NCBI GenBank assembly: GCA_039096225.1
Contig: JBBPEB010000013.1
Coordinates: 620,001-684,000 of the forward strand
Direction of reading: 5' to 3'
DNA from: Blastocystis sp. Blastoise
Taxonomy: Eukaryota > Protista > Bigyra: Opalinata
Length of the DNA stretch: 64,000 nucleotides
Position numbers and translations under genes: made by a program. This document shows, in pieces, positions 25,557 to 37,735 of this stretch. The notes beneath the pieces are model-generated. The model was not told the DNA's origin. It ran no database searches and saw only the letters and a list, made by a program, of their open reading frames with translations. Position 1 is the stretch's first letter, and the number at the start of each line of letters is the position of its first letter.

Positions 25557-26514
25557 ACAAACAAAATAAATTTATAATCTATGTATTGTTATGTTGTTTT
25601 AACATTTATATACTAAAGATAACAATTCTTCTTCTAAATAAACAAAACACAATAAATATCAATTCAATGTATTTAATGATAAGAATACATCAAGTACTTT
25701 TGTAATAAGACATGAAATAGATATATATTTCTTTTGAGTTTTACACTTTCAATCTTTTGTATTCTTACAATATTAAAAATAATAATTCTTCTTAAATATA
25801 TAAAGAATCTATTTAGTATCAGAGGACCCGAAGAAGCAACACATAGAAGTTATGACTTAAATATTTATATCTATACATTTCTTCTCAAGAATGTAGATAT
25901 CTTTATAGAACTGTCCATACCAAATAAAACAGTAATCTATGTATATATAAGTATATAACTATCTTTTCAATCTTCAGGTGTCCCTCATCATTTACTACTA
26001 TAGTAATATATAGAGATACATAAAAATATAAATAAATATATAGATAGAAACCCTACAATTCACACAATAAGCCATCCAAATAAATAAAAGATTTAAAAAT
26101 ATAAATATATATATATATAAAATCTAATAATTATAAGTAAGACAATAGAAAATGAAAAAAAGAAAATTGAATATATAAAAGAAAATGCAAAATATAAAAA
26201 GAAACACAAAGAGCAGTAAGTATTCACTTATGTTCTTAAATAGAGACATTTTATTCATACATATTCCTTCATATTCAACATATCTATAATCAATTATTGT
26301 GAAAGTCACATATAACGTATTATATATATATATGAATGAATAGTTTGTAAGCTAACCATTAATATATTATATACATATTAAACACAACCTTCGTATATAA
26401 TGATAATAATAAGTATTTCATGTAATATATTGACTTCACAGAAAGAATATATTGTTAAATATAAATATATTTCTTCTGTTTAATGTAAGGCGAACAATAT
26501 TATATATATATAAG

Positions 26515-26935
26515 GAATGAGGTGTAAGCATTCCAGGAATAAAATAACTAATGATGAATAATATATATATGTAGTTTATAAAGAATGATATAAGCCTTTC
26601 ATATCCTGTCTATCATAACTTTAAAACATATATATATAAACGATACATTTCACAAATATATTCAATCAATAGTTATATTGTTTCTTATTCACAACATATA
26701 TATATAATCATAAAGAATGAGGTGTAAGCATTCTTTAGTATATATACTTATAGATAATAATAGAGAATGAGGTGTAAGCATTCTTTAGTATATATACTCA
26801 TTGATATAATATAGATAAATATATAGAATGAGGTGTAAGCATTCTTATATGTATATTATCCCTAACTATATTCCTAACCTGTCCACTTAGGAATCCAAAT
26901 ACGAAACAAACCATAAGAATGAGGTGTAAGCATTC
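26515..26935 (+). repeat. Five dispersed copies of hairpin GAATG-AGGTGTAAG-CATTC
   Basis: Identical 19-mers at 26515, 26715, 26765, 26826 and 26917; flanks extend each stem differently. Confidence 0.9.
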
Positions 26936-26950
26936 TTATATATACAATAT

Positions 26951-27160
26951 TATACTTTCTATATGCCTGTCTTATACAGAAAGATATAATAATTCGACAA
27001 CTAATTATATACATATATATATATATAATATATATACTTTCTATATGCCTGTCTTATAAAGAAAGATATAATAATTCGACAACTAATTATATACATATAT
27101 ATATAATATTATACTTTCTATATACCTGTCTTATATAGAAAGAAATAATAATTCGACACC
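26951..27160 (+). repeat. Three ~80-bp tandem units, each with hairpin CTTTCTATAT-CCTGTC loop-AGAAAG followed by AATTCGACA
   Basis: Hairpins start at 26955, 27037 and 27114. Confidence 0.88.
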
Positions 27161-27872
27161 AATCAGTATATATATATAATATATATACAAATCAACCATC
27201 ATCATAGAGCTGAAGGCGTTTTCAGCAAAATTCAGGATATCACTGGATAATAGATAATCATAAACATATCTGTTTCATATCGAATCCAATAAACAAAAAT
27301 AATAATAATAATATACATATATATATAAACATCATCAAAAAAAAAGAATATTCAGACCATGCAACACAGAATCCATAAGAAGTAATCATCTTAAAAGTAA
27401 TTCCAAAGAGAATCAATAGTAAATATATCATAGTAGTAAAGAAGAGAGGAAGACTTAACCATAATAATTAAAAGGAATAAAATACCAAAAAAGAAAGACA
27501 TTCACAAATATATAATAATATGTATTACAAAAACAGAAGACCAATAAATAATCATAGTACATAAATAAAAGATAGAAGAATAGAACCATAAGTTTCATTT
27601 CAAAGTCTATATAAATATAGAAATAGATTGGAAATAGAAATATTTCTTTTCTTTTTAAAATTTTATCGTGTCAAAGAATAAACATATATACATATAATAA
27701 AAATAATAATCAAAAACAAAACAACAATAGTAAAGTAGAGATATACTCCAGATTTTAATAGCAAAGTTATCGATATGTTGTCCATCAAGCCAAAAAGAAA
27801 GTATAGCTAGCATACACTATTCTAATCAACCCATGTTATCCATCATATTTCGAACACTTTTGAATATTTGAA

Positions 27873-28040
27873 TTTTTTGTATTGCAGTTTTTTGCAATTT
27901 ATTTTTTTGTATTGCTTTTTTTGCAATTTTCTTTTCTTTTCTTTGTTTTTTGTATTGCAGTTTTTTGCAATTTTCTTTTTTTTTTGTATTGCAGTTTTTT
28001 GCAATTTTCTTTTCTTTTTGTATTGCAGTTTTTTGCAACT
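27873..28040. repeat. Five ~30-40 bp units with inverted repeat ATTGCA-GTTTTT-TGCAAT
   Basis: Cores at 27881, 27911, 27954, 27988 and 28022, separated by T-rich linkers. Confidence 0.88.
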
Positions 28041-31000
28041 TATTTCTTTCTTTTTTTTTATTTTGTACCATGGAATCAGACCAATATACGCATAAGTAAA
28101 GGCATCATCTATAGACAAACAGCTACGACACAAATATACTTCATTATAATTTTCCATTTTGATAATAGTATTTGTTAATATCCATTTATAGAAGTATTAA
28201 ATATATATTTAATATACTAGATATAAAAGATTACCAAATTCAAAAATAATAATATAAATAATAGGAGTAAGGTATATCATCAATATAATATCATTAATAG
28301 AGGAGGAAGAAGTAAATAATATATATGAAGTATTAAAATAATAAAAAGTGAAGTAGTAAGAAGTATGAATAAAAGAAGAGAAGTATAGAGTAACCATACA
28401 GAAAATAAATCATAAAATAGGACATACAAAATAAGTATAAATACCATATTGAATATAATACTATAAAAAATAGTTATTCGATAAATAATACCCATTGTTT
28501 CTGAATGAATAAAATCAAGCATAGTACCCATATCATCAATAAATTTTCAAATATTATTACATCATATATACAACTCAATTATAATTCGATCCTTCTATAG
28601 AAACACAAATGACCATATAAACATACAATGTTCCACAATAAAGTTCATCATAGCACACCATCAAGAACCATAGTCACAATGAAGAGAATAAGATGATCAG
28701 CAGATAATATAATATCAAACAATATAATATACAAGAAGAATAACGTAAAAGGAAGTAGATAAATATACGATAGAAGGTAAGAAGAATAAATATAGAAATC
28801 ATATTAAAGTATAATACAAGAGCAGAAATCAATATTATTTAATTCATAAACCAGACACATAAGAAAATTGAAAAACATCTAATAAAATTAGAATACATTA
28901 TAGTATACAGAGGTGTAGATTTGCAAAAAAAAATAACCAAGGAATTTCGACACATTAAAACACTCTAATCATAGGAACAAAGAGGAATCAATCCAATAGA
29001 GCCTTTAATGACTCACTATAGATATTTTTAAAAAACTCCAAAATACCATTTATCATCATCCACAGAATTGAAATAGAGACCAATCTACCAATATAGTACC
29101 ACCACGAACCACGAACCGAATTGAACCACCACACCAGATCCACAACTGCCTTAGGCCTCATAGAAGTCAGTCACCAGAACCAAGAAGTGATTATAGTTTT
29201 ATTATAAATAATTTAAAAAAAAGAAAGTAAGAAAAAAAAGTAAAAACAATTATATAAAACAATATATATAAAACAATATATATATATATAATAACCATGA
29301 CAAAATCATACAACAAATAATTCATCACAGCACGAAACAAGGAACAACAAGGAACAAGGAACAAGGAACAAAATGAAAATAAAACTTGTCTTCATGTTAC
29401 AGAAGTTGCGTAATTAATTGTAAAAATAATAAAAAATATATATATAAATAAATAGTTACTAAATCGCTTCTACGTCAATGAAATGAACTTCTACAATGAA
29501 ACAAGGACATTTGTTATTATTATTCATAAGTAAAATTTAAAAAAAACTTTAGATCAGCCCTATAAAAAGGAAATAAAATTCTAAACAGTGTCAGCAACCA
29601 AGTGGAAATTTGTTTATTTTCATAAAGCACGTTTTTTTATTTCAAAAGCTATAAAAAAAAAGGAAAATACAATACAGTAAAAGAGTTGGATTTCAAATAG
29701 TATTCAAAAAGTTTCGCCAAAAAAAAAATCCCAAAACGAGTTTTGAAACGGCTTCTGTTTTTGAGCCTAAAAGAGCTGTGAGCCTTAGAAAATACAAAAA
29801 GAGTTTTTAAGTTCATATTTCAAGTTGTTTATTAGCATAATAGTCAATATATAAAAATGATATAAGATAATTATAAAAATTGTAATACATGTCATAATAA
29901 GTTTTGTCAAAAGAAAAGTTATTTGTCCTATAGATAAGCAAATAGAAATAATAATAATAATAATAAACATCAATAGAGCATACAAAAAAAGAAATGTCAC
30001 CATTACTAAAAACATAAATGTCATAGTGGGTGAAAAAATACTGACACCAACATCTGTATCGTTGGGTTTAGGGCCAAGTAAAAAATCAATGAGATTTTAG
30101 CCACCGAAAGAAAAAAGAATCCAGCCGACATCAGCACAAGAGTCTACGAGTTGACAAATTGAGCAGCATAGCATAGCCAAACCACATCAACATAGCCTTT
30201 GTAAACCTAAGGGACACGGCACGTCAAAGTAATCATTACAAATAGACTCAAGACATAAAGTCTTTATTTCTAATAGCAAATATCAACTAAAGCATCAATC
30301 GCTAAGAATATTTTCTGTCTAATGTAACATTTTAGTTAGAATAAAACAAAATAAAACTGGTGATGAAGCTTTTCTTATTTGGAAAGGATTCAGTTCTTTT
30401 ATTGTTCTCGAAATACCGATTATAATTGGTTGATCGAACAAACAAGCCAATCATATACGCATCCACATCTGAATCTCTCCTGTTTCTAATCATAGAATTA
30501 TTCTACTTTGTTCTTCACCAGTCGTAATCTAAAAACCCAACGTGAGTTTTCTTTTGTTCTTTATTAAGAAACTGTCTTTGTTTCTATCGTGACCTTTTCG
30601 ATTCATTACGAGCAAAAACCTCGAAAAAATAGACTTTTTCACATCAAGAACACGACTGAATTATCATTGTATAGTTAAACACGATGTTTCCAATTAGAGT
30701 TTTCTAGAAAGAATAGAAATTTTCATTTTTCATTTATTTGATGCAGACAGCACTCTAAAAGAATAGATTTATTTATTAAAATAGAAAACTACATGCAGAA
30801 CATGATCATCTGACAATGGAAACACTGGATGAGAATATAAAGATCGATTTTCATTAGTTTCATATTCATTCTATATCAAATAACATATAAAAAATAAGCA
30901 TATTGTTAGTAAAAAATAAATTGATAAAACTAATGCAGAATAATGAACATAAATATGCATTATATACATTATATGCAATGTAATATGTAATAAAACAATT

Positions 31001-31500
31001 AATAAAAAGAAATAAATGCATAATAACAAAGGATTCAAAAAGAAATATTCTCAAGATATTTATATAAGGAAATTAAATTTTTGAAGTTAGTATTTATGTT
31101 TTATATGAAATTTTAATTAAAATATTTTTTGTATGTTATTTAACATATAAAATGATTTTGACAGTGTAATATATATAGAATATAGTAAAAACAAGATGAT
31201 CAACTCATGAATGTGTTTATTCTTCGTATAAATATTTTTTATGCATCACATAACTAATAGAAGTCTTTTCATTCAGTTTTTGCTTCATAGTAATCACATG
31301 ATAAAGAATTAAAATCAAATAAGTTTTTAATTTCAGAAATATTCAGTCGTCTTAAAAAAGAAAAAAATTAACCCCTGGATATTTTGGTTATATATGTATT
31401 TTCCATTATTTTCTTATTTACCCCCATCGATTTCAATTTCGTGACTTTTTCTAAAGGTTTTTCTACTATACATAATAACTTGTTCTTGTCAACTATCATT

Positions 31501-32335
31501 ATGGCTATGTATGTATTTTTGTAGATATTATATAAACCAAAGTGCCTTACTTCTTCCTGTGAGGCTGATATAAAAATTTGCTAACATTACTTGATTTCAT
31601 TTTTTATTTATATGTTTTTTTATGGCTATTCCTCAATCTATTGTCTTAAAGCAAAAACGTGTTGCTGCTTTAAAGGCTTATAATCAAAAGGCTGCTGAAA
31701 AGGCCGCTACTGCTTTAGTTGCTAAGCGTGAAACCATTACCAAGCGTGCTGAAAAGTATGCTAATGAATATAAACAAATGGAACGTGATTTAATCAACAA
31801 GAGACGTGAAGCTCGTAAACTTGGTGGTTACTTCATTGAACCTGAAGGTAAACTTGCTATTGTTTGCAGAATTCGTGGTATTAACCAAACTCACCCTAAG
31901 GTCCGTAAGATTCTTCAACTCTTCCGTCTCCGTCAAATTCATAACGCTTGTTTTGTTAAACTTAACAAGGCTACTATTGAAATGCTCCGTATTGTTGAAC
32001 CTTACATTATGTATGGTTATCCTAATCTTAAGACCGTCAAGGCTCTTATTTACAAGAGAGGTTATGCTAAGGTCAATGGCCAAAGAATTCCTCTTTCCAG
32101 CAACGATGTCATTGAACAAGTTCTTGGTAAATTCGGTATCACCTGTATTGAAGATTTAGTTCATGAAATCTACACTGTTGGTCCTCACTTCAAACAAGCC
32201 AACAACTTCATCTGGACCTTCAAGCTCAATAGTCCTTCTGGTGGTTATACTCACAAACTTCGTCATTTCAATGAAAATGGTGAATATGGTAACCGTGAAT
32301 ATCTTATTGGTGGTATCATTAACAGAATGATCTAA
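31501..32335 (+). CDS. RPL7: 60S ribosomal protein L7 (uL30)
   Basis: [51 protein letters not shown]. Main exon 31622-32335; probable micro-exon ATGGCTAT at 31501-31508 followed by a GTATGT donor. Confidence 0.95.
31509..31623 (+). other. Probable non-canonical GT...AT first intron of RPL7 (could equally end at 31629)
   Basis: ATG GCT AT|GTATGT...TGCTAAC...TTTTTTTAT|G GCT ATT CCT; upstream exon ends in AT. Not strictly required because the ATG at 31622 is in frame. Confidence 0.55.
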
Positions 32336-32605
32336 ATTTGATTAATGTTATTAAGACAAGAGCAATGTTTTTTCTTTTGTTATTCATTTATTTTAATGTC
32401 TATTATATAAACAACATGCCATTTGACGTCTTTAACACTTTTTATCATTAAATAAGACAAAAATTAAATAAAAAAAAATTATCTTCGTTTTTTATTTTAG
32501 TTTTAAAATGATGATTATTATTCGACATGATACATTTTTTCTTCGGATGGATATATGCATTGAATCAATGATATTTTATTAATATTTTGATATACTTGTA
32601 CATTT

Positions 32606-35600
32606 ATGAAACTACATTTAATCTTTTCATTAGTAGTAAATTCACATAAATTTTGTTCTTCTACTAATTTAGGTCTGCATCTTACATTTACTTGTATCAG
32701 CAGATGCTCAATCTAGTATATTTTGTTTATAGTTATATGTTTTATTGCGTTTTTCTAGCAAATCGAGTGAAACATATATCAACAACTATTGGAATCAATG
32801 AAGTGACTATTATAATACAGTCATCATCTCCTGGATATATTTGGACAATAGCTATGCCAACAGATGAACCAACTCCTAGTGTCGAAGTTATCAATACAAC
32901 TCCTCTTCAAAACATTAAGATTGGAGAGAATTCTATTACTGTAAAAAGTCTTGACGAAAATACTTGGTATAATATATATTATTATGCTGTAGGTGTTGAT
33001 GAAAAGTCAAATATTGGAGGAGATATAGATAGTACCAAAATAACTGTTAAAACAAAGAGCAGTATATAAAATTATTCTATATGTATATATATATCATATA
33101 GGCTTACCTTTCGAAACATCATTATTGTATCAATCATCATATACAACTTATCCAATTATTGTTACTAATAAATTTACTAAACCTGCAATCAATTTTAATG
33201 AACAATCTCTTATTGTATATATATATGCTTATATATATATATTATGTTTATACCTATATATGATATATTTGAAATTGTATATAAGCTCATTTTATAAATA
33301 CAGTCATCATTATCTACCTTTTAATGTTTATTATCTAATTTAAAAAATTATTATATATATATAGATACAAAATGCCAAAGTGATATCATTTATAAAAGAG
33401 ACAACAAGTGTTTATATAGTTCACCTTCAACCTCTTTCACCTGGATCTATATCATATACATATATGTCTAATATAAAAAGTGATGATGAAGATCTTTTAT
33501 TTAATATTCCTATATATACTATTAATTATAAAGGAGTCTCAATTGTTAATATTGAAAAAGAAATTACTGAAACAAAAGCTACAGTATAGTTTTATTTTAT
33601 ATATACTTAATACTATATATATTAAGCTTTGATATAAATTTAATATTTTTCTCTATCTATCTTTCTATATATATATATATAGTTACATATCACTACATCT
33701 GGTCCTTGCTTGTTGAATTGTTATGCACTTCCTGTTATTAATACTTTCTATACAGAAATATCATCATCATCATCATCATCATCATCTTCCACTTCATCTT
33801 CTTCTTCTCTCTCTACTTCTCATATACTTATATATTCTTCTCTTACTCCATCTTCTTCATACTCTGTTTATTGCTCTGGAACGGAAACAAACGATATTCC
33901 CGTGAATATATCAAAAGAACCAATTCTAATTTTCTCAACTCTAGCACTACCAACTGAAAAACCAACTGAAAAACCAACTGAAGAGCCAACTGAAAAACCA
34001 ACTGAAAAACCAACTGAAGAGCCAACTGAAAAACCAACTGAAGAGCCAACTGAAAAACCTACTGAAGAGCCAACTGAAGAGCCAATTGAAGAGCCAACTG
34101 AAAAACCGACTGAAAAACCGACTGAAAAACCGACTGAAAAACCCACAACTCCTCCTACTACTTCTCCTACTACTTCTCCTACTACTTCTCCTACTACTCC
34201 TCCTACTACTTCTCCTACTACTCCTCCTACTACTCCTCCTACTACTCCTCCTAGTACAAAGTGCCCAACAGGATGGGGAGGAAAAGAATGTTCAGGTCAA
34301 GGAATATGTACGAATAAGGCATGCATGTATGACTCTGTATAGAATATTATTTTTTAATACTTTTGATCCTTTATATCTATCTTTTATTACTTTTTATTCT
34401 TTTCATCTATATTATAATATAATCTCGAATTCAGTGTCTTTATTGATATATAGTATAAATAATAATATATATATAATTATATTACTATATATAGTTGTGA
34501 GTCTCCATTCACAGGTCCATCCTGTTCTCTTCTTCAGTGCTCTATAATCACTTATTCGAACTCTACACATACTTTTATACATGTACTTATCGATATATTA
34601 AGCTATATCAATGAAGAGTATGTAGAAGAAGAATATCAACAAGCATGGTTTAGAATTGGTATTTATATAGTAGTGTTATTTATATATATACTGTTTGTAT
34701 TTATTTAGATTTATTTTTACATATATATATATATAATTTCTTTTACTGGCTATTCTATACTTGATATAATTTATCTTTTTAATATTCTAGTAACTACTTA
34801 TTCTTATTGATATAACTATTTTTTAAAGTTTTTTCTATATATATCTATTCTCTAAAGCTCTTTCTTCCTTGATTCAAATTCCTGTGGATCAAATATGTAT
34901 TCGATCTTGGATAGCTTCTGTTCCTTCACAAACATACTCAGAAAATCAACATCAACAAACAAATAATCTTCTATCTAATGGTATATATATATATATATTT
35001 ATATATAGGTTAATTATATTATTATTGTATTCTATACTCTTATTTACATTATATTTTTCTTAATATATACATATCCTATAAATATTTTTTTTCTTAATAC
35101 ATACATATCCTATAAATATTATTTTTTCTTAATATATACATATCCTATTGATATTATTTTTTCATAATATATACATATCCTATTGATATTATTCTCTATT
35201 ATATACATATATACATGTATTCATTATCTAGATGCCTCCTGGGAGATCCCTGTCTCTTCTTCATCTCCTCCTTCTCCTCCTTCTCCTGTATATTCCAGAC
35301 CTCTAAGAGGAAGAAGAGTTCAAGATACACTCTATGACCAAAATATACATACTTATGTATATATATACATATATATATATCTACAAACATTATTCATCTT
35401 ATTATTATATCATAATATCTTCATGCTTTTCTTTTTATTTTTGCTTAAACATATATATATTCTGTATTATTATATCTTTCTTTAGTTCACTATATTAACT
35501 CCAAAATCATCTGCTTCCGAAGTCTATTCGAATTCTGTTGCCTTTACAAAGAATACTGATAGTGTTAACACTCTCAAACAATATGGTATTAATGTTTATA

Positions 35601-36410
35601 CGATGAACGTATATATACATATATATGATTCTGTAACTCATTGATTTTTCACCATATTATATATGTTTGTTACTTCTTTATATTAAGAATATAATTATAT
35701 TTTTTTCTTTTCTTTGTTCAATACTCTATTATACTATCTATAGATCACAAAGTCATTCGTTCAAGATTATGAAGACCCCTATACCTGTTACGATAATCAG
35801 AAAACAGGAGATGAATCGGATATTGATTGTGGAGGATCCTGTACTCAATTATGTCCCGTGGGGAAGAAATGTAAGAGTCATTCAGATTGTATTTCTAATA
35901 ATTGTGTTGAACTTCTTTGTGAAGAAACTGGATGTATATATATAAATATATAAAGAAAATAAATATATATATAAATATATAAAGAAAATAAATATATATA
36001 TAATATAGATAAAATAAATATATATATTAACTAAATTATGAATTAGTAATAATATTTTTTTACAAGATTATTATTTTATAGTTCTTGATAAAATCTCAAA
36101 TAATAAGATTTATTTAATTCTCTCTATTGCTGGTATTATCGTTATTATTATTGTTGTAGTGTTTATTATTTTGACTTCTGTCAAAAAATGTAAAGTATGT
36201 AAAAGAATTATATATAGTTGTGATATTCCTTTTATTTATTGTCCTCTTTTATTTGTATATATATAGAGATCCGCTCGTGTTGCTAATATTCCTCCTCAAC
36301 CTCGACCAGTTGTGGATGTATCCAGTTCTGTTCCAAGCACATTTGTACCTACTATCGATTTACGAAAACAACGTCTTGAAGCTCAAAAACATCTTCATTC
36401 TCGATCATAA
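32606..36410 (+). CDS. Type I membrane surface protein: signal peptide, FN3-like regions, PTEK/PTEE and PTT mucin repeats, EGF-like and Cys-rich domains, TM helix
   Basis: MKLHLIFSLVCILHLLVSA signal; CPTGWGGKECSGQGICTNKAC..CESPFTGPSC; CYDNQKTGDESDIDCGGSCTQLCPVGKKCKSHSDCISNNC; TM IYLILSIAGIIVIIIVVVFIIL. Confidence 0.75.
33948..34253 (+). repeat. Coding 12-bp tandem repeats (PTEK/PTEE, then PTTS/PTTP)
   Basis: CCAACTGAAAAA/GAG and CCTACTACTTCT/CCT units. Confidence 0.9.
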
Positions 36411-36617
36411 AATAAATTAAAAAAGAGTTCTTTTCTTATAACTAACATTTATATTATATATATATTTTATATTACATTATGAACATGAAAAAATATATAG
36501 TAGAACACAAACAAATAGTTGTTAAAAGGCTTTTTGTTTATTACATATTACGCTGATATAAAAAAATAGAAAAAGAAAATATAAAGAAAAAGTATGTATG
36601 AAGGAATTGTTTTTGAT

Positions 36618-37100
36618 TTAAATAATACTCGGAGGTCTGTAACCAAGTAAATCACTTTCTTGAGAACGAGGTAAAGTAGCACCAATATCAGCAAGTTTGT
36701 GTAAAGATTTATCAAATATAAATAAATAAACATATACTTATATATAAACATGTAATATGTTCAATAATACAAATAAAAAAAAATAATACAAATAAAAATA
36801 TATATTAAATAACATATTGCCAAAAAAAAAAGAATAATAATATACAGCTTCTTCAACTTGACTAGGAGAAGAATTTTCAAGGTTGACAATTCTTTCTTCA
36901 CCAAAATCATATCTGCCAATAACACAGGCTTTAACACCTTCAGCTTCTCTGACTAAGAAAGGTAAAATAGGATTTAACATTTTCATTTCTCCATAATTTT
37001 TGTAAATGTATTCAACTACTCCCTTAGAGCCGACAGATTTGGGACAAATCAAAAATCGAACTTCTTGAAGATTCTTACCAAGAGCAGCACGCCAACTCAT
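36618..37100 (-). CDS. NDUFA2: Complex I subunit NDUFA2 (B8)
   Basis: MSWRAALGKNLQEVRFLICPKSVGSKGV...NPILPFLVREAEG...GRYDFGEE...VEEA|LHKLADIGATLPRS; also a canonical 5'-UTR intron. Confidence 0.92.
36705..36845 (-). other. Non-canonical GT...CT intron in NDUFA2
   Basis: GAA GCT|GTATAT...GATAAATCT|TTA CAC AAA; the nearest upstream AG (36737-36738) gives the wrong frame; upstream exon ends in CT. Confidence 0.75.
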
Positions 37101-37735
37101 TCTACGAAATATTAATTAATTATACTAGAGACATACCGATGTTATTTATTGATAATAATAAATACAATAAGAATCAGAATAGACTAGGGAAGAGATTCAC
37201 AAAAAAATAAGCAAAGTCTTATTTTTTTTGTGAGGTGGAGCAACAAAAAACTGTATTGTATCATTCAAAATATACTGGATTATTTATGCTCCAAAAAGGT
37301 TTTCTCTTTCTTTTCCTCCATAAAAGTGCCTATAATCACGGTTTGTTTTTTCAAAACTTCTTTTAATGTTTCGTGGCTTTTCTTACGTGGTCATGGTATT
37401 TCAGTTTGAGAAACAGTATATACTACATAAGGTAAATAGTAGAATATATATACATCTTTATGTTATGACTAATCTTTCATAAATGATAGGTTAATCACAA
37501 GCTTATTTTTATTTTAAATCTTATATGTAGTGTATATGATATAAAAAGAGTGATATGAAAATAAAAATTAGTGTTAGGTAGGCAGATTAGTTTTTTTTCT
37601 CCTATTATAGTAATAAGAACAGTGATATAGATTAGTTTATTCAACAGATTAAGTAAGCTAAGTCGTGAATAATTTAAGAGAGTTAAAATAATCAAAACAA
37701 AGCAAAACAAAAAAATGAATGGAACTACAAATAGT

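Noticed and set aside
26515-26935. CRISPR array interpretation of the 19-nt palindromic repeat
   Set aside because: Spacers are irregular (31-181 nt), low-complexity and partly duplicated; eukaryotic context; no cas genes.
27826-28531. Lys-rich and hydrophobic ORFs in the gene-free region
   Set aside because: They arise from the ATTGCA minisatellite and strand skew; no family motif.
30030-30240. GC-richer island as a possible snRNA or tRNA
   Set aside because: No cloverleaf, T-loop or U1/U2/U4/U5/U6 signature that I can recognise on either strand.
32333-32400. Blastocystis-type stop codons created by polyadenylation
   Set aside because: Every gene I assembled has a genomic stop codon, so none needs this mechanism.
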